Positions 1-9,902 of a stretch of 32,000 nucleotides of DNA are shown here, piece by piece (the stretch's first letter is position 1; each line of letters starts with the position of its first letter). The translations under genes were made by a program, and so were the position numbers. A model generated the notes under the pieces. That model did no database searches, had not been told where the DNA came from, and saw only the letters and a list, made by a program, of their open reading frames with translations. This DNA comes from Blochmannia endosymbiont of Camponotus nipponensis. GTDB taxonomy: Bacteria; Pseudomonadota; Gammaproteobacteria; Enterobacterales; Enterobacteriaceae. The stretch spans positions 90,001 to 122,000 of the forward strand of contig NZ_CP046534.1 of the NCBI RefSeq assembly GCF_009827135.1, written 5' to 3'.

Positions 1-1
1 C

Positions 2-1636
2 AAATGGGAACAAATAATTGAAGAGTTTTCCGAATATTATTCTATTTGGAAAAAAAAAGGTGTATATCTGATGATACAAAAGATAATTTTTTACTATAAA
101 ACACCAGAAAAATTATTATCTATACCAAAAGGTGACATCAGATTAATAAATATTTTACATTTAAGTGAATTACTACAAAATGCCTCAAAAGAATTACAAG
201 ATGAATATACACTCATGGAATGGTTAATGTTAAAAATAACACAGCCAAAAAGCAAAAAAATATCTGACCAAACTTTACGATCAAATAATAATGATCAATT
301 AATAAAAATTAGCACAATACACAAATCTAAAGGATTAGAATTTCCATTAACATTTTTACCATTTATGGCAGATTTTAATTATAAAAAAAATATTTTTTTT
401 CATGACAGAAAATCATATAAAACCCATCTAAATTTTAACGTATCAAAAAACAATTCAATATTAGCAGACGAAGAGCGTTTATCAGAAGATTTAAGGTTAT
501 TATATGTAGCAGTAACTCGTAGTATTTATCATTGTTCTATAGGTATTGCCCCAGTAGTACACCGATATAAAAAAAAATCTAATATCAGTGATTTACATCA
601 CAGCGCCTTGGGGTATTTAATCCAAAAAAAAACTTCTGGCAACGCAGAAACATTAAAACAACATTTAAAAAAGCTAACTATTAATTCAAATGGTGATATT
701 TCCTTTCGTATCATTCCTCAATCACAAAAACCATTTTTTCATATACCACCTATTGTATCCAATCAATTTCTATCTGCAAGAAAATGGAAAAAATCAGTAA
801 ATACCATTCCGTGGAAAATGACAAGTTTTAGCGCACTAAAACATACTGATACGACAACATGTTTAAATTTTCAGAAACAATTAGATATCGATGCAAACAT
901 TCAGCATCAAGAAAATGACATTTCGTTAACACCACATACTTTTCCTAAAGGTAAAGTATGTGGAAACTTTTTCCATAGTATCTTTGAAATTTTAGATTTT
1001 AAAAAACTTGTGGATATAAAATGGTTACACATACATATGGAACAATACAATATTGATCCTATTTGGGGATTTACTATTCGAGAATGGATATATACAGTAT
1101 TCAACACACCCCTTAATAATGACAATCTAACTCTTGCGCAAATAACTCCTAAAAATAAAAAAACTGAACTTAAATTTTATTTACCTATTAATACTCATTT
1201 AACATCACAAGAATTAGACCATTTATGTAAAAATTACGATCCTTTATCACAAAAATCTCCACCGCTCACTTTTTTAGAAGTAACAGGAATGTTACAAGGA
1301 TGTATTGATTTAATCTTTCGTTGGAATCAGCAGTATTATTTATTAGATTATAAAACTAATTGGTTAGGAAAAAATAACAATGCTTATATTCATTCTAAAA
1401 TGACACAAGAAATGATTGAACATCGTTATGAATTACAATATCAACTTTATACTTTAGCGCTACATCGATTCCTACGTAATAGGCTCGTATCTTACAATTA
1501 TGAGAAATATTTTGGAGGAGTGTATTATTTATTTATACGAGGTATGGATGGAACACCGTATAGTAACGGTATTTATTTCTTTCGTCCATCACTAACATTT
1601 ATTAATAAATTAGACAATTTATTATTTAAAAAATAA
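2..1636 (+). CDS. recB: RecBCD exonuclease V subunit RecB, C-terminal ~544 aa (5' end lies left of the window)
   Basis: The frame of ORF 71..1636 stays open back to nt 2 (KWEQIIEEFSEYYSIWKKKGVYL precedes the listed Met). It contains TIHKSKGLEFP, AEERLSEDLRLLYVAVTRS, the RecB-family nuclease motif GCIDLIF...YYLLDYKTN, and YELQYQLYTLALHRFLR. It is colinear with the E. coli RecB C-terminus as I recall it. Confidence 0.93.
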   Translation, partial: KWEQIIEEFSEYYSIWKKKGVYLMIQKIIFYYKTPEKLLSIPKGDIRLINILHLSELLQNASKELQDEYTLMEWLMLKITQPKSKKISDQTLRSNNNDQLIKISTIHKSKGLEFPLTFLPFMADFNYKKNIFFHDRKSYKTHLNFNVSKNNSILADEERLSEDLRLLYVAVTRSIYHCSIGIAPVVHRYKKKSNISDLHHSALGYLIQKKTSGNAETLKQHLKKLTINSNGDISFRIIPQSQKPFFHIPPIVSNQFLSARKWKKSVNTIPWKMTSFSALKHTDTTTCLNFQKQLDIDANIQHQENDISLTPHTFPKGKVCGNFFHSIFEILDFKKLVDIKWLHIHMEQYNIDPIWGFTIREWIYTVFNTPLNNDNLTLAQITPKNKKTELKFYLPINTHLTSQELDHLCKNYDPLSQKSPPLTFLEVTGMLQGCIDLIFRWNQQYYLLDYKTNWLGKNNNAYIHSKMTQEMIEHRYELQYQLYTLALHRFLRNRLVSYNYEKYFGGVYYLFIRGMDGTPYSNGIYFFRPSLTFINKLDNLLFKK

Positions 1637-1805
1637 TCTAAATATTATTAAATACGTAATGTTTAAATTTATTATATAAAACGAAAAAGTACATTCTCAA
1701 ATAACATAACACAGACATCATGTCATACATTAAAAACCAATACACCTATATCTTTTGATATTAAAAATGATATCAACTACTATATATAATTAAACGATAG
1801 TTCCT

Positions 1806-3719
1806 ATGAAAGATATTGTGAAAAAATTTTTACAATTAGAGCTGTGGAATTCATTAGATATACAATTCTCTAATGTATTAACTCTACCTATTTCTGAAAA
1901 TAATCGATATAAAAAAAAAGAAGCATTAATTTTAGCTAGTGCAACCTTAAGTGCTAATGTTAGATCTGGTCATGTTTGTTTACCGTTATGTTTACTTACT
2001 CCTGATAGATTATTTCAAGGACATTATCCTGAATTAACACATGCAATATCTAAAAAATTAGGACCATTATCAATAGAGGATTGGCAAGAATTATTACTCT
2101 CTTGTTCCGCAGTAAGCAATGGATCACGAATAACCCCATTAGTATTGGAAAATCAACGGTTGTATTTATATCACATGTGGCAAGATGAATGCATAGTCGC
2201 TCAATTTTTTAATCATAAATATCAATCAAATATTTTAAAAAAAGAAAAAATAATTTACGTATTAAATCAGTTATTTCCTATAAATTATACAGAAATCGAT
2301 TGGCACAAAATAGCTACCGCCATAGGAATAACACATCAAAGAGTGTTAATTTCTGGAGGACCTGGGACTGGAAAAACATCGATCATAACTAAAATAATAG
2401 CAGCATTATTGCTATGCAACGATAATAATCATCTAAATATCAAAATAACTGCTCCAACAGGAAAGGCTGCAGCCCTGTTAAGTGAATCTTTTAATACAAC
2501 AATAAATAATATTCCACAATTAAAACAACTTTGCTTATGTAATTTACCAGAAAAAGCTACTACCTTACACAGTTTACTTGGAAAACAGCTATATAAAAAA
2601 AACATCCAACATAATTATTCAAATCTCACGCATTTAGATCTTTTAATTATTGACGAATCTTCTATGATTAGTTTATCTATGTTAGCTCAAGTAGTTTTAG
2701 CGTTATCATCTAAAACAAAAGTTATTTTTTTTGGAGATCAACATCAATTATGTTCAGTAGAACCTGGATCCGTATTTAAAGATATGTGTCAATTCGCTAA
2801 TTTTCATTATTCTCACAAACGTCACCAAGAACTTATGGATCTTACAGGATGTATATTACCTAATATATCTTATTCTGCATCATCCGTACATTACAATTAT
2901 AACAGTATAATTGATGGCACATGTATACTAAAGAAAAATTACAGATTTAGTAAAAGCTCAGGAATTAATCAATTAGCTAATGCTATAAATTCAGGAGATT
3001 ATAATCGTACGTTGTCATTATTACACTCAAACATATATAAGGATTTACATTATATCTATTGTGCAGAAAAAGAAAATTACATAACTATGCTTATTAAATG
3101 CGCAATGGCATATTCCAGTTATTTACAAAAATTACAACACGTTAAAACATTAACAACAAATATTTTAGAAATTTTCAATCATTATCGAATATTATGTGCA
3201 TTACGTGACGGCCCATTTGGAGTGATAAGAATTAATTATTATATTGAACAAATACTAAATGAAAGAGGATTAATCCAAGTACATAAGTCTGGTAATTATA
3301 TAGGCAGGCCTATTGTCATACTTCGCAATAAGCCATCATTAGGTTTATGTAATGGAGATGTTGGAGTGTTGTTGTTAAATAATCAAAATAAACTATCTGC
3401 ATATTTTCTACTACCACATAACAATATAAAAATTATACAAATATATCAATTGCCAGAATATGAAACTTGCTTTGCTATGACTATACACAAAGCACAAGGA
3501 TCTGAATTTCAACATATCGCAATAATATTACCTAACAAACATTCGCCAGTGCTAACACGCGAATTATTATATACTGCTGTCACCAGAGCTCGTCAATGTC
3601 TTTTTCTATATGCAACGAATCATATAATAATACGTAGTATTACTCTAGTCACACAACGCCATAGTGGATTATACGACAAAATAAAGAAACATATAATGTT
3701 GCATGATTTAATAAATTAA
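1806..3719 (+). CDS. recD: RecBCD exonuclease V subunit RecD (SF1 helicase)
   Basis: 637-aa ORF with an ATG start. The N-terminus ...LELWNSLDIQF parallels E. coli RecD ...HKQLRPLDVQF. Helicase motifs present: GGPGTGKT, APTGKAAA, LIIDESSM, MTIHKAQGSEF, YTAVTRAR. Confidence 0.93.
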   Translation: MKDIVKKFLQLELWNSLDIQFSNVLTLPISENNRYKKKEALILASATLSANVRSGHVCLPLCLLTPDRLFQGHYPELTHAISKKLGPLSIEDWQELLLSCSAVSNGSRITPLVLENQRLYLYHMWQDECIVAQFFNHKYQSNILKKEKIIYVLNQLFPINYTEIDWHKIATAIGITHQRVLISGGPGTGKTSIITKIIAALLLCNDNNHLNIKITAPTGKAAALLSESFNTTINNIPQLKQLCLCNLPEKATTLHSLLGKQLYKKNIQHNYSNLTHLDLLIIDESSMISLSMLAQVVLALSSKTKVIFFGDQHQLCSVEPGSVFKDMCQFANFHYSHKRHQELMDLTGCILPNISYSASSVHYNYNSIIDGTCILKKNYRFSKSSGINQLANAINSGDYNRTLSLLHSNIYKDLHYIYCAEKENYITMLIKCAMAYSSYLQKLQHVKTLTTNILEIFNHYRILCALRDGPFGVIRINYYIEQILNERGLIQVHKSGNYIGRPIVILRNKPSLGLCNGDVGVLLLNNQNKLSAYFLLPHNNIKIIQIYQLPEYETCFAMTIHKAQGSEFQHIAIILPNKHSPVLTRELLYTAVTRARQCLFLYATNHIIIRSITLVTQRHSGLYDKIKKHIMLHDLIN

Positions 3720-3854
3720 AACTTTGTTATTGTATATATATAACCTCAATGAAGTATTACACACGTCTACAACAATATATGTACAGTTTACTTAAATTTT
3801 TCACTCTCTAAATATTTTTTTATTTTTTTTGATAAAAATAAACATTTTGAACTA

Positions 3855-6800
3855 TTATATTACTCTATTTTTCATTGCATCAAAGAAGTAACGTTTTGCA
3901 ACTTTAGTTATTTTATTTACATCCTCTTCATTTAAATCAAATGGAATAAGCTTACTTAAATATGGATCACAACTTTCCCTAAATAATGAATACTTGCTGC
4001 CTTTCCAGACTTGTATTAATTTGCAACGTGCATCTTGCTGATAAGATGAATCCAACAATATCATTCTAGTATTCCAGTCAAACACATGATTTATCCAAGC
4101 CCCCCCGGCCCGATATAATAATAATAGTGGAGTATTTAACCCAGTGCAATATCCTAATATTAAAGTTGATAATAAATTTTTTGCATACAATTCTGATAAA
4201 TTAGGAAAATGCCATATGTCGTTCATACCAAATAATCGGCTATCTCCTTTCCCACCTATAGAACAAAATGTTATATGTTCTAACCATAACAGCAATATAT
4301 CTTTCATAGAAAGATATTGAGGTTTCCAACGTATTAATCCATCCTTTTGAATTGCAGTTAACTGTCCAACTAGTGTAACAGTATCAAATTTTAAAGAAAT
4401 ATTCAGATTGTGTTTTTCAACACAATAATATTTTTTTATTTGATTTGCTAATATTATCATTTTTTTTTGTTGTTTAATCCAATACAGCTCTCCAAATGGA
4501 CCATAAGGCAAAACTCCAGAAGCATGTATACTATGGTATAATTCATTAGCATTTTTATTATGTATTAGATAATCAATTAATTTTATATTTAGTTCATAAT
4601 GATTTAATGCATCCACAGAAAAAGGTTCATAGTTCGATAACTGTAATATATTTTGATCAAAACGCACATTTAAACGTTTTTGAAACCACATACGCACTGG
4701 ATGGCGATAAAAATTATATAAATCTTGAAAATCTATTGTTTTCACAGAACAATAAGAAAGAGGGGTATTAAAATTTGGATAAATCAATAGAGAATTATTT
4801 TTATTAATATTTATTTTGGGTAACCATTCTTCGGCAAAACTTTGTCTAGTATTATCAGGATTAAAATTTTCAGGTGAAAAAGGAAATGGATTGTACCAGT
4901 GATATAAATGCTGACGTATATATTTTATATTAATATCTAATGCCATATGTTTATGGTCTTTTAAATAAAAATTTAAAGCAATATATTCAAATAATTCATC
5001 AATTAATACAGAAGGATAATTCATCGTATTATCATAAATTGAACGTCCAATAAAACTAATATATACCCTCTGTTGAGCCAACAAAAATGCTAATAAAAAT
5101 GCATAACAATCCTGTTCATATATATTTTTATCATTTTTACGTGGATTTTTCACCATTAAATTAAAGTCTGGCGATACTGTATTACGAGGAAATGTATTAT
5201 CATTCATACCTAAAAAACACACTATTTTACAAGGAATACAAAAATTCGAAGTAATATCACAAAAATTAATTACATTTGGTACAAATCGATACACCGCAGC
5301 ATCTTTATTTAATTTATAACATAATTTATCCCTCAGGGCCGTTATACTTATAACCTGGAGGTATTCTGCTTGTATACCTGATTCTAATATATTTCTACAG
5401 CAATTTTTTAAAAAAAGTAAAACTTTGTTGTCTTCTGAATCTAAATGATCACAAAGAAAAAAATCATCAAACAACTCTTTAAAATAAGATCTCCATTCTA
5501 ACAATGTATAAGAATAACTAAATCGGTCCCTCCACTTTTTTAATATTTTTAAAAATTCGCCTAATTGACCAATAATGTTAGTATTTTCTCCGTTTATCAT
5601 ATCCTCATGTGGAAAAATTCCCTCCCAACAGGTATCATGTTGATTTTTTATAGCATAACCTAATAACATTCGGGTTAATCCAAAATTCCAGGTATTTTGA
5701 CTAGTAATAGGTAAATTAAAATTATGCATGGTAATATCATCAAGACCCCACCTAACACCAGATGAAATAATCCATTGAAACAATAATTTGATTTCTTCCT
5801 TACGTAAATTGAATCGAGATGCAATAGATGATACCTTCAAAAATGAAAAAATTTCCTCAGACGTAAATCGACTATATGGTATGTTAAGTATATTAAGAAA
5901 ACTTGATATAATGGGATGTTTATTGTTTTTATATTTATCTATTGTAATATTAAATGGTAAATGTCGACCTTGTGTATTGTTAAATGTAATTTGAATCGCT
6001 GATACATAACAATGTATATCAGGAGCCATAACTAGGATATCTCCTGGGGACAACGATGATTCATTTACCATCATAGACAATAAATTATCATGCAATACTT
6101 CTACTTCCCTCTGAATACTATGGCAAACATGACAAGTAATTGATTGATCCTCTAATTCTAATATGTATCTTTTATTATTTTTTAATACTGCAGTATTATA
6201 TTGAAGCTTTTCATTTGTTGTGTGACTGTGAAATTCTAAAATATCCTTTTGCACAATGTGCAGTAAAGAATCTTTTTTAGGGATAACAAAAGATTTTAGT
6301 TCAATTTTATTTTTTAATTGAGAAAATAAAGATAAAAAATTACAAACAACATTACCCCATGAATTTAATAAAGGATGATTTACATTAGGATAATTATTAC
6401 AACTAGAACAACAAACAGAAACAGACGAAGATGAGCATAATACATTATTATTATATGATTGTTTTTTTTGTTGTGTTACAGAACGTGAACTTTGAACAAA
6501 TACATCAATCAAATTGTGATAACAAGAATTTATAAACCACAAGTAAATATCAATATGGTAACTTAAAAGTTTCAATATTTTCCAATGTATAGGAGATATG
6601 GACGTTATGCCACAAATAAATATTCTGTTTGGCAAATCACAGTTCACCTTTTGAGTAGTTTTAAAAAAATTGATACAACGTTGTAAAGGACTTATATTGC
6701 TATTTGATTCATGTTGACTGCATCTTATATTTTCCAAGAATATACGCCATATTTTTGATTGCCAAATTTGATGTGTATCATCATCTAAATGATTTATTGT

Positions 6801-7259
6801 TTTATTAGATTGCCAACTATGCAACCAATCTGGACGATATATTAAATACTGAGTAAATAATTTGGCAAGTTGCTCGGAAAATTGACCTATTTTTTTTTGA
6901 TTGATATCGTTGTATAAATATTTTTCTATGATAGGGAAATTTTTTACTATCTGCTTGTGAGATAATATTTCCATAAATTTCCAATACATAATAGAATGAG
7001 AAAAATGATTCACAAAAGAATTATTGGGCTCTATTACATTAGAAATATTCTGAATGAAAGACGTTAAGGTCATAAATGTGATATTACATGCAATGCCAAA
7101 GTGATTGGCTAGTTCCATCTGTATCCATTGATCTATAATACTATGCTCTGTCAATATTATTTCGGATTGCATTGGATCAGGTAGTAATCTATCCGACATG
7201 ATACTGATCAATGATGTTTTAAACAGACTTGCTTGATTAGAATGATAAATAGTAAACAT
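3855..7259 (-). CDS. recC: RecBCD exonuclease V subunit RecC
   Basis: 1134-aa ORF with an ATG start, close in length to E. coli RecC (about 1120 aa). Colinear blocks: HVCHSIQREVEVLHDNLL, SGVRWGLDD, WNFGLTRMLLGYA, CFLGMNDNTFPR, YISFIGRSI, HPVRMWFQKRL, LLLWLEH. Confidence 0.93.
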   Translation of the reverse strand: MFTIYHSNQASLFKTSLISIMSDRLLPDPMQSEIILTEHSIIDQWIQMELANHFGIACNITFMTLTSFIQNISNVIEPNNSFVNHFSHSIMYWKFMEILSHKQIVKNFPIIEKYLYNDINQKKIGQFSEQLAKLFTQYLIYRPDWLHSWQSNKTINHLDDDTHQIWQSKIWRIFLENIRCSQHESNSNISPLQRCINFFKTTQKVNCDLPNRIFICGITSISPIHWKILKLLSYHIDIYLWFINSCYHNLIDVFVQSSRSVTQQKKQSYNNNVLCSSSSVSVCCSSCNNYPNVNHPLLNSWGNVVCNFLSLFSQLKNKIELKSFVIPKKDSLLHIVQKDILEFHSHTTNEKLQYNTAVLKNNKRYILELEDQSITCHVCHSIQREVEVLHDNLLSMMVNESSLSPGDILVMAPDIHCYVSAIQITFNNTQGRHLPFNITIDKYKNNKHPIISSFLNILNIPYSRFTSEEIFSFLKVSSIASRFNLRKEEIKLLFQWIISSGVRWGLDDITMHNFNLPITSQNTWNFGLTRMLLGYAIKNQHDTCWEGIFPHEDMINGENTNIIGQLGEFLKILKKWRDRFSYSYTLLEWRSYFKELFDDFFLCDHLDSEDNKVLLFLKNCCRNILESGIQAEYLQVISITALRDKLCYKLNKDAAVYRFVPNVINFCDITSNFCIPCKIVCFLGMNDNTFPRNTVSPDFNLMVKNPRKNDKNIYEQDCYAFLLAFLLAQQRVYISFIGRSIYDNTMNYPSVLIDELFEYIALNFYLKDHKHMALDINIKYIRQHLYHWYNPFPFSPENFNPDNTRQSFAEEWLPKININKNNSLLIYPNFNTPLSYCSVKTIDFQDLYNFYRHPVRMWFQKRLNVRFDQNILQLSNYEPFSVDALNHYELNIKLIDYLIHNKNANELYHSIHASGVLPYGPFGELYWIKQQKKMIILANQIKKYYCVEKHNLNISLKFDTVTLVGQLTAIQKDGLIRWKPQYLSMKDILLLWLEHITFCSIGGKGDSRLFGMNDIWHFPNLSELYAKNLLSTLILGYCTGLNTPLLLLYRAGGAWINHVFDWNTRMILLDSSYQQDARCKLIQVWKGSKYSLFRESCDPYLSKLIPFDLNEEDVNKITKVAKRYFFDAMKNRVI

Positions 7260-7707
7260 TTATTTGATAAATATTTAAATAAAAAATACATTTTTATTAA
7301 TGCAATACATATATGTTTAACAGGCCATAATATAGTTGAATTATTTTCATATTCTCATTATAACTAAAAATAAATATTATATAATTTGTTTATAAACATA
7401 AATATGCTGTAAGACATAATTATAAATATAAAAATTTTTTATATAACAAACATTTTGATATACACTAGCAACCAAAGATTACCGCTTTAAAAGAATTAAA
7501 ATAAAACATCCACAAAAAATATTGACTATTACTGTTATCTCTCTTCTATATTATACAGGTACCTAACATCAACAAGATTATATGAATTTAATATTTCAAA
7601 TAAATATATATATAATATTAAAATTAAGATATCAAAAATACAGCCACTTATGTTACAAGTAATAGTACACTAAAAAATAATAATTTTTAACAATATTGAT
7701 AATTACA

Positions 7708-8553
7708 TTATCTGTAAGACAGATAGAGTATAATTGTTCCAAATATAATCATAGGACATGACAAAATTTGTCCCATAGTAACCATATCATTAATTAATCC
7801 TAAATGACTATCAGGCTGACGAAAAAATTCTGCTGTAATACGAAACACACCGTAACAAACAAGAAATAAACCAGATACACTACCTACAGGATGTGGTATA
7901 CGAATAAACTTATTTATGATAATAAATAACATTATTCCTTCCAAAAACATTTCATATAATTGAGATGGATGACGAGGCAACGAACCATAATAATTAAATA
8001 ACGGTTGCCATGTAGGGTGATCTGGTAATATCAATAAATCTTGATACGCAGAATTAGGAAATAACATAGCCCAAGGAATATCAATGGCTATGCGACCCCA
8101 TAATTCTCCATTAATAAAATTTCCTAACCTACCAAGGCCTAATCCGAACGGTACTACTGGAATAACAAAATCTGATATTTGAAAAAAAGATTGATGTTTT
8201 TTTATAGAAAACCATTTAATTGATATTATTACTCCTACTAAACCACCATGAAAAGACATCCCTCCTTCCCATATCTTAAAAATCCACAGTAAATTTTGAG
8301 CAAAAAAAGACCACTGATAACATAATACATATCCAATACGACCTCCTAGTAACACACCAAAAAAACACAAATATAGTAAATATTCTACATCTTTATGGGT
8401 CCATAAAATATTATTAGAATAACGTATACGATACGATAATGACCACATAGCATACAAAAAACCTAATCCGTACATCATACCATACCAATGTAACGAAATA
8501 GGCCCTATTGTAAGCATCACTGGATTACATACATGACTATAAATATACTGCAT
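7708..8553 (-). CDS. lgt: Prolipoprotein diacylglyceryl transferase
   Basis: 281 aa, ATG start. Motifs GPISLHWYGMMY, WEGGMSFHGGLVG, GRLGNFINGELWGR, LPRHPSQLYE and EFFRQPD match Lgt. Confidence 0.95.
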   Translation of the reverse strand: MQYIYSHVCNPVMLTIGPISLHWYGMMYGLGFLYAMWSLSYRIRYSNNILWTHKDVEYLLYLCFFGVLLGGRIGYVLCYQWSFFAQNLLWIFKIWEGGMSFHGGLVGVIISIKWFSIKKHQSFFQISDFVIPVVPFGLGLGRLGNFINGELWGRIAIDIPWAMLFPNSAYQDLLILPDHPTWQPLFNYYGSLPRHPSQLYEMFLEGIMLFIIINKFIRIPHPVGSVSGLFLVCYGVFRITAEFFRQPDSHLGLINDMVTMGQILSCPMIIFGTIILYLSYR

Positions 8554-8560
8554 ATTAATT

Positions 8561-8589
8561 ATATTGATATAGTGATGATATATTGATAT
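8561..8589. repeat. Exact 10-nt direct repeat ATATTGATAT x2 (8561..8570 and 8580..8589), just upstream of the lgt start codon
   Basis: Read directly from the sequence. The copies are 19 nt apart start to start, beginning 8 nt upstream of the lgt ATG (8553, minus strand). Function is unknown and it may be a slippage duplication. Confidence 0.6.
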
Positions 8590-8774
8590 GTTATGTTGTG
8601 TGTATACATTATTATAATCAGTACTTAACTAAAATTCTCAGTTATCTACCCTTAGATGTACAAATTTCATGTACTACATCTATTTTTCCCGCATAGATGC
8701 AATAACAAATTAACTTAATTTTTTGCCCAAATATTCTTAATATTATTTGTTTTTATAATATATGATTATATCTA

Positions 8775-9251
8775 TTATGATATGATCGTATCAACAAATT
8801 CTTGCATAACTTTTCTATACACATTTCTTTTAAAAAATACGACCTGGCGTATAGGATACCATAAACTAACCCACTTCCAACTATCGAATGTATACACTTT
8901 ATTATTTCTGATATTAATTCGTGTATCTTTAGATAAAAGCTTTAGTAAAAACCACTTTTGCTTTTGTCCTAAGCAAATTGGTCTAATTTTCCAACGAATT
9001 AATTTTTTAGGGAGCTTATAACGTATCCAGTTTTGTGTTGAAGACAAAATACGCACATCTTGATAATTCAATCCTATTTCTTCAAACAATTCCCTATACA
9101 TAGCTTGCTCAGGAGTTTCCCCAATATTAATTCCCCCTTGAGGAAATTGCCAACAATAATGTTGTTTACATTTCCTAGCCCACAATACTTGTTCATGAGT
9201 ATTACACAACACAATCCCTACATTTAATCGGTAACCGCTATTATCAATCAC
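8775..9251 (-). CDS. rppH: RNA pyrophosphohydrolase (Nudix hydrolase RppH/NudH)
   Basis: Nudix box [23 protein letters not shown], plus GQKQKWFLL and [10 protein letters not shown]. The listed ORF opens with TTG at 9254. The next codon, GTG at 9251, lies 6 nt after a GAGGA (9262..9258) and gives [14 protein letters not shown], matching E. coli MIDDDGYRPNVGIV. I therefore place the start at 9251. Confidence 0.9.
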   Translation of the reverse strand: MIDNSGYRLNVGIVLCNTHEQVLWARKCKQHYCWQFPQGGINIGETPEQAMYRELFEEIGLNYQDVRILSSTQNWIRYKLPKKLIRWKIRPICLGQKQKWFLLKLLSKDTRINIRNNKVYTFDSWKWVSLWYPIRQVVFFKRNVYRKVMQEFVDTIIS

Positions 9252-9902
9252 CAAATTTCCTCGGTTTTATTAAAATATTTTATTAAATTATAAATATTCA
9301 TAAATAATTATGATATACCATTTTAGTTGTTACATAAAGATTAATGACACTCAAACTATTGTAAAAATATATAATGATCACATATTTTTTATTTCTTACC
9401 AATCAACAATAATTACCACAATCAAACTCACGAATTACATGCTATCTGATAATTATATCCAATTCAAGAATTTTTATTACGGTTTCATATCATTAATGAA
9501 CTAATAAACCTTACAGAAATACATAATTATAACTTAATTTAATTATATATATTTACTATTTGAAACAAATATCGTTAGAACATTTTATAAAAAATTTGAG
9601 CATGATATTATTAAAAAATATTATACTTAATCATGAATCTACATTTACATCAAAAATATAAAAACTTATTTTTATATATGATTAATTCACAGTCTGTTAT
9701 GTTTCATTTAAAAACCACATAATAAAATATTATTTAATAAATAATGATATCAATAAAATCAATATAACATTAAAATATTTATCTATTTTAATTAAAAAAT
9801 TTTGCTCATTAAATACAAATAATTTATTAAAACAATTTATATAATCCCATATTGATGTCATTTAAATAACTTTCAATCATTTAAAAATTTTTATTTAAAA
9901 AA

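Noticed and set aside
6390-6460. A Cys/Ser-rich low-complexity stretch in RecC (NNNVLCSSSSVSVCCSSCNNY), considered as a possible metal-binding insertion.
   Set aside because: It replaces a segment that is a poorly conserved linker in E. coli RecC, just before the conserved NPLL.SWG block. It has no regular CxxC spacing and looks like compositional drift.
9310-9504. Intergenic 64-aa ORF between rppH and lysA.
   Set aside because: It has an Ile/Asn/Tyr/Phe-rich composition typical of translated A/T-rich spacer, no SD, and no similarity I can recognise.
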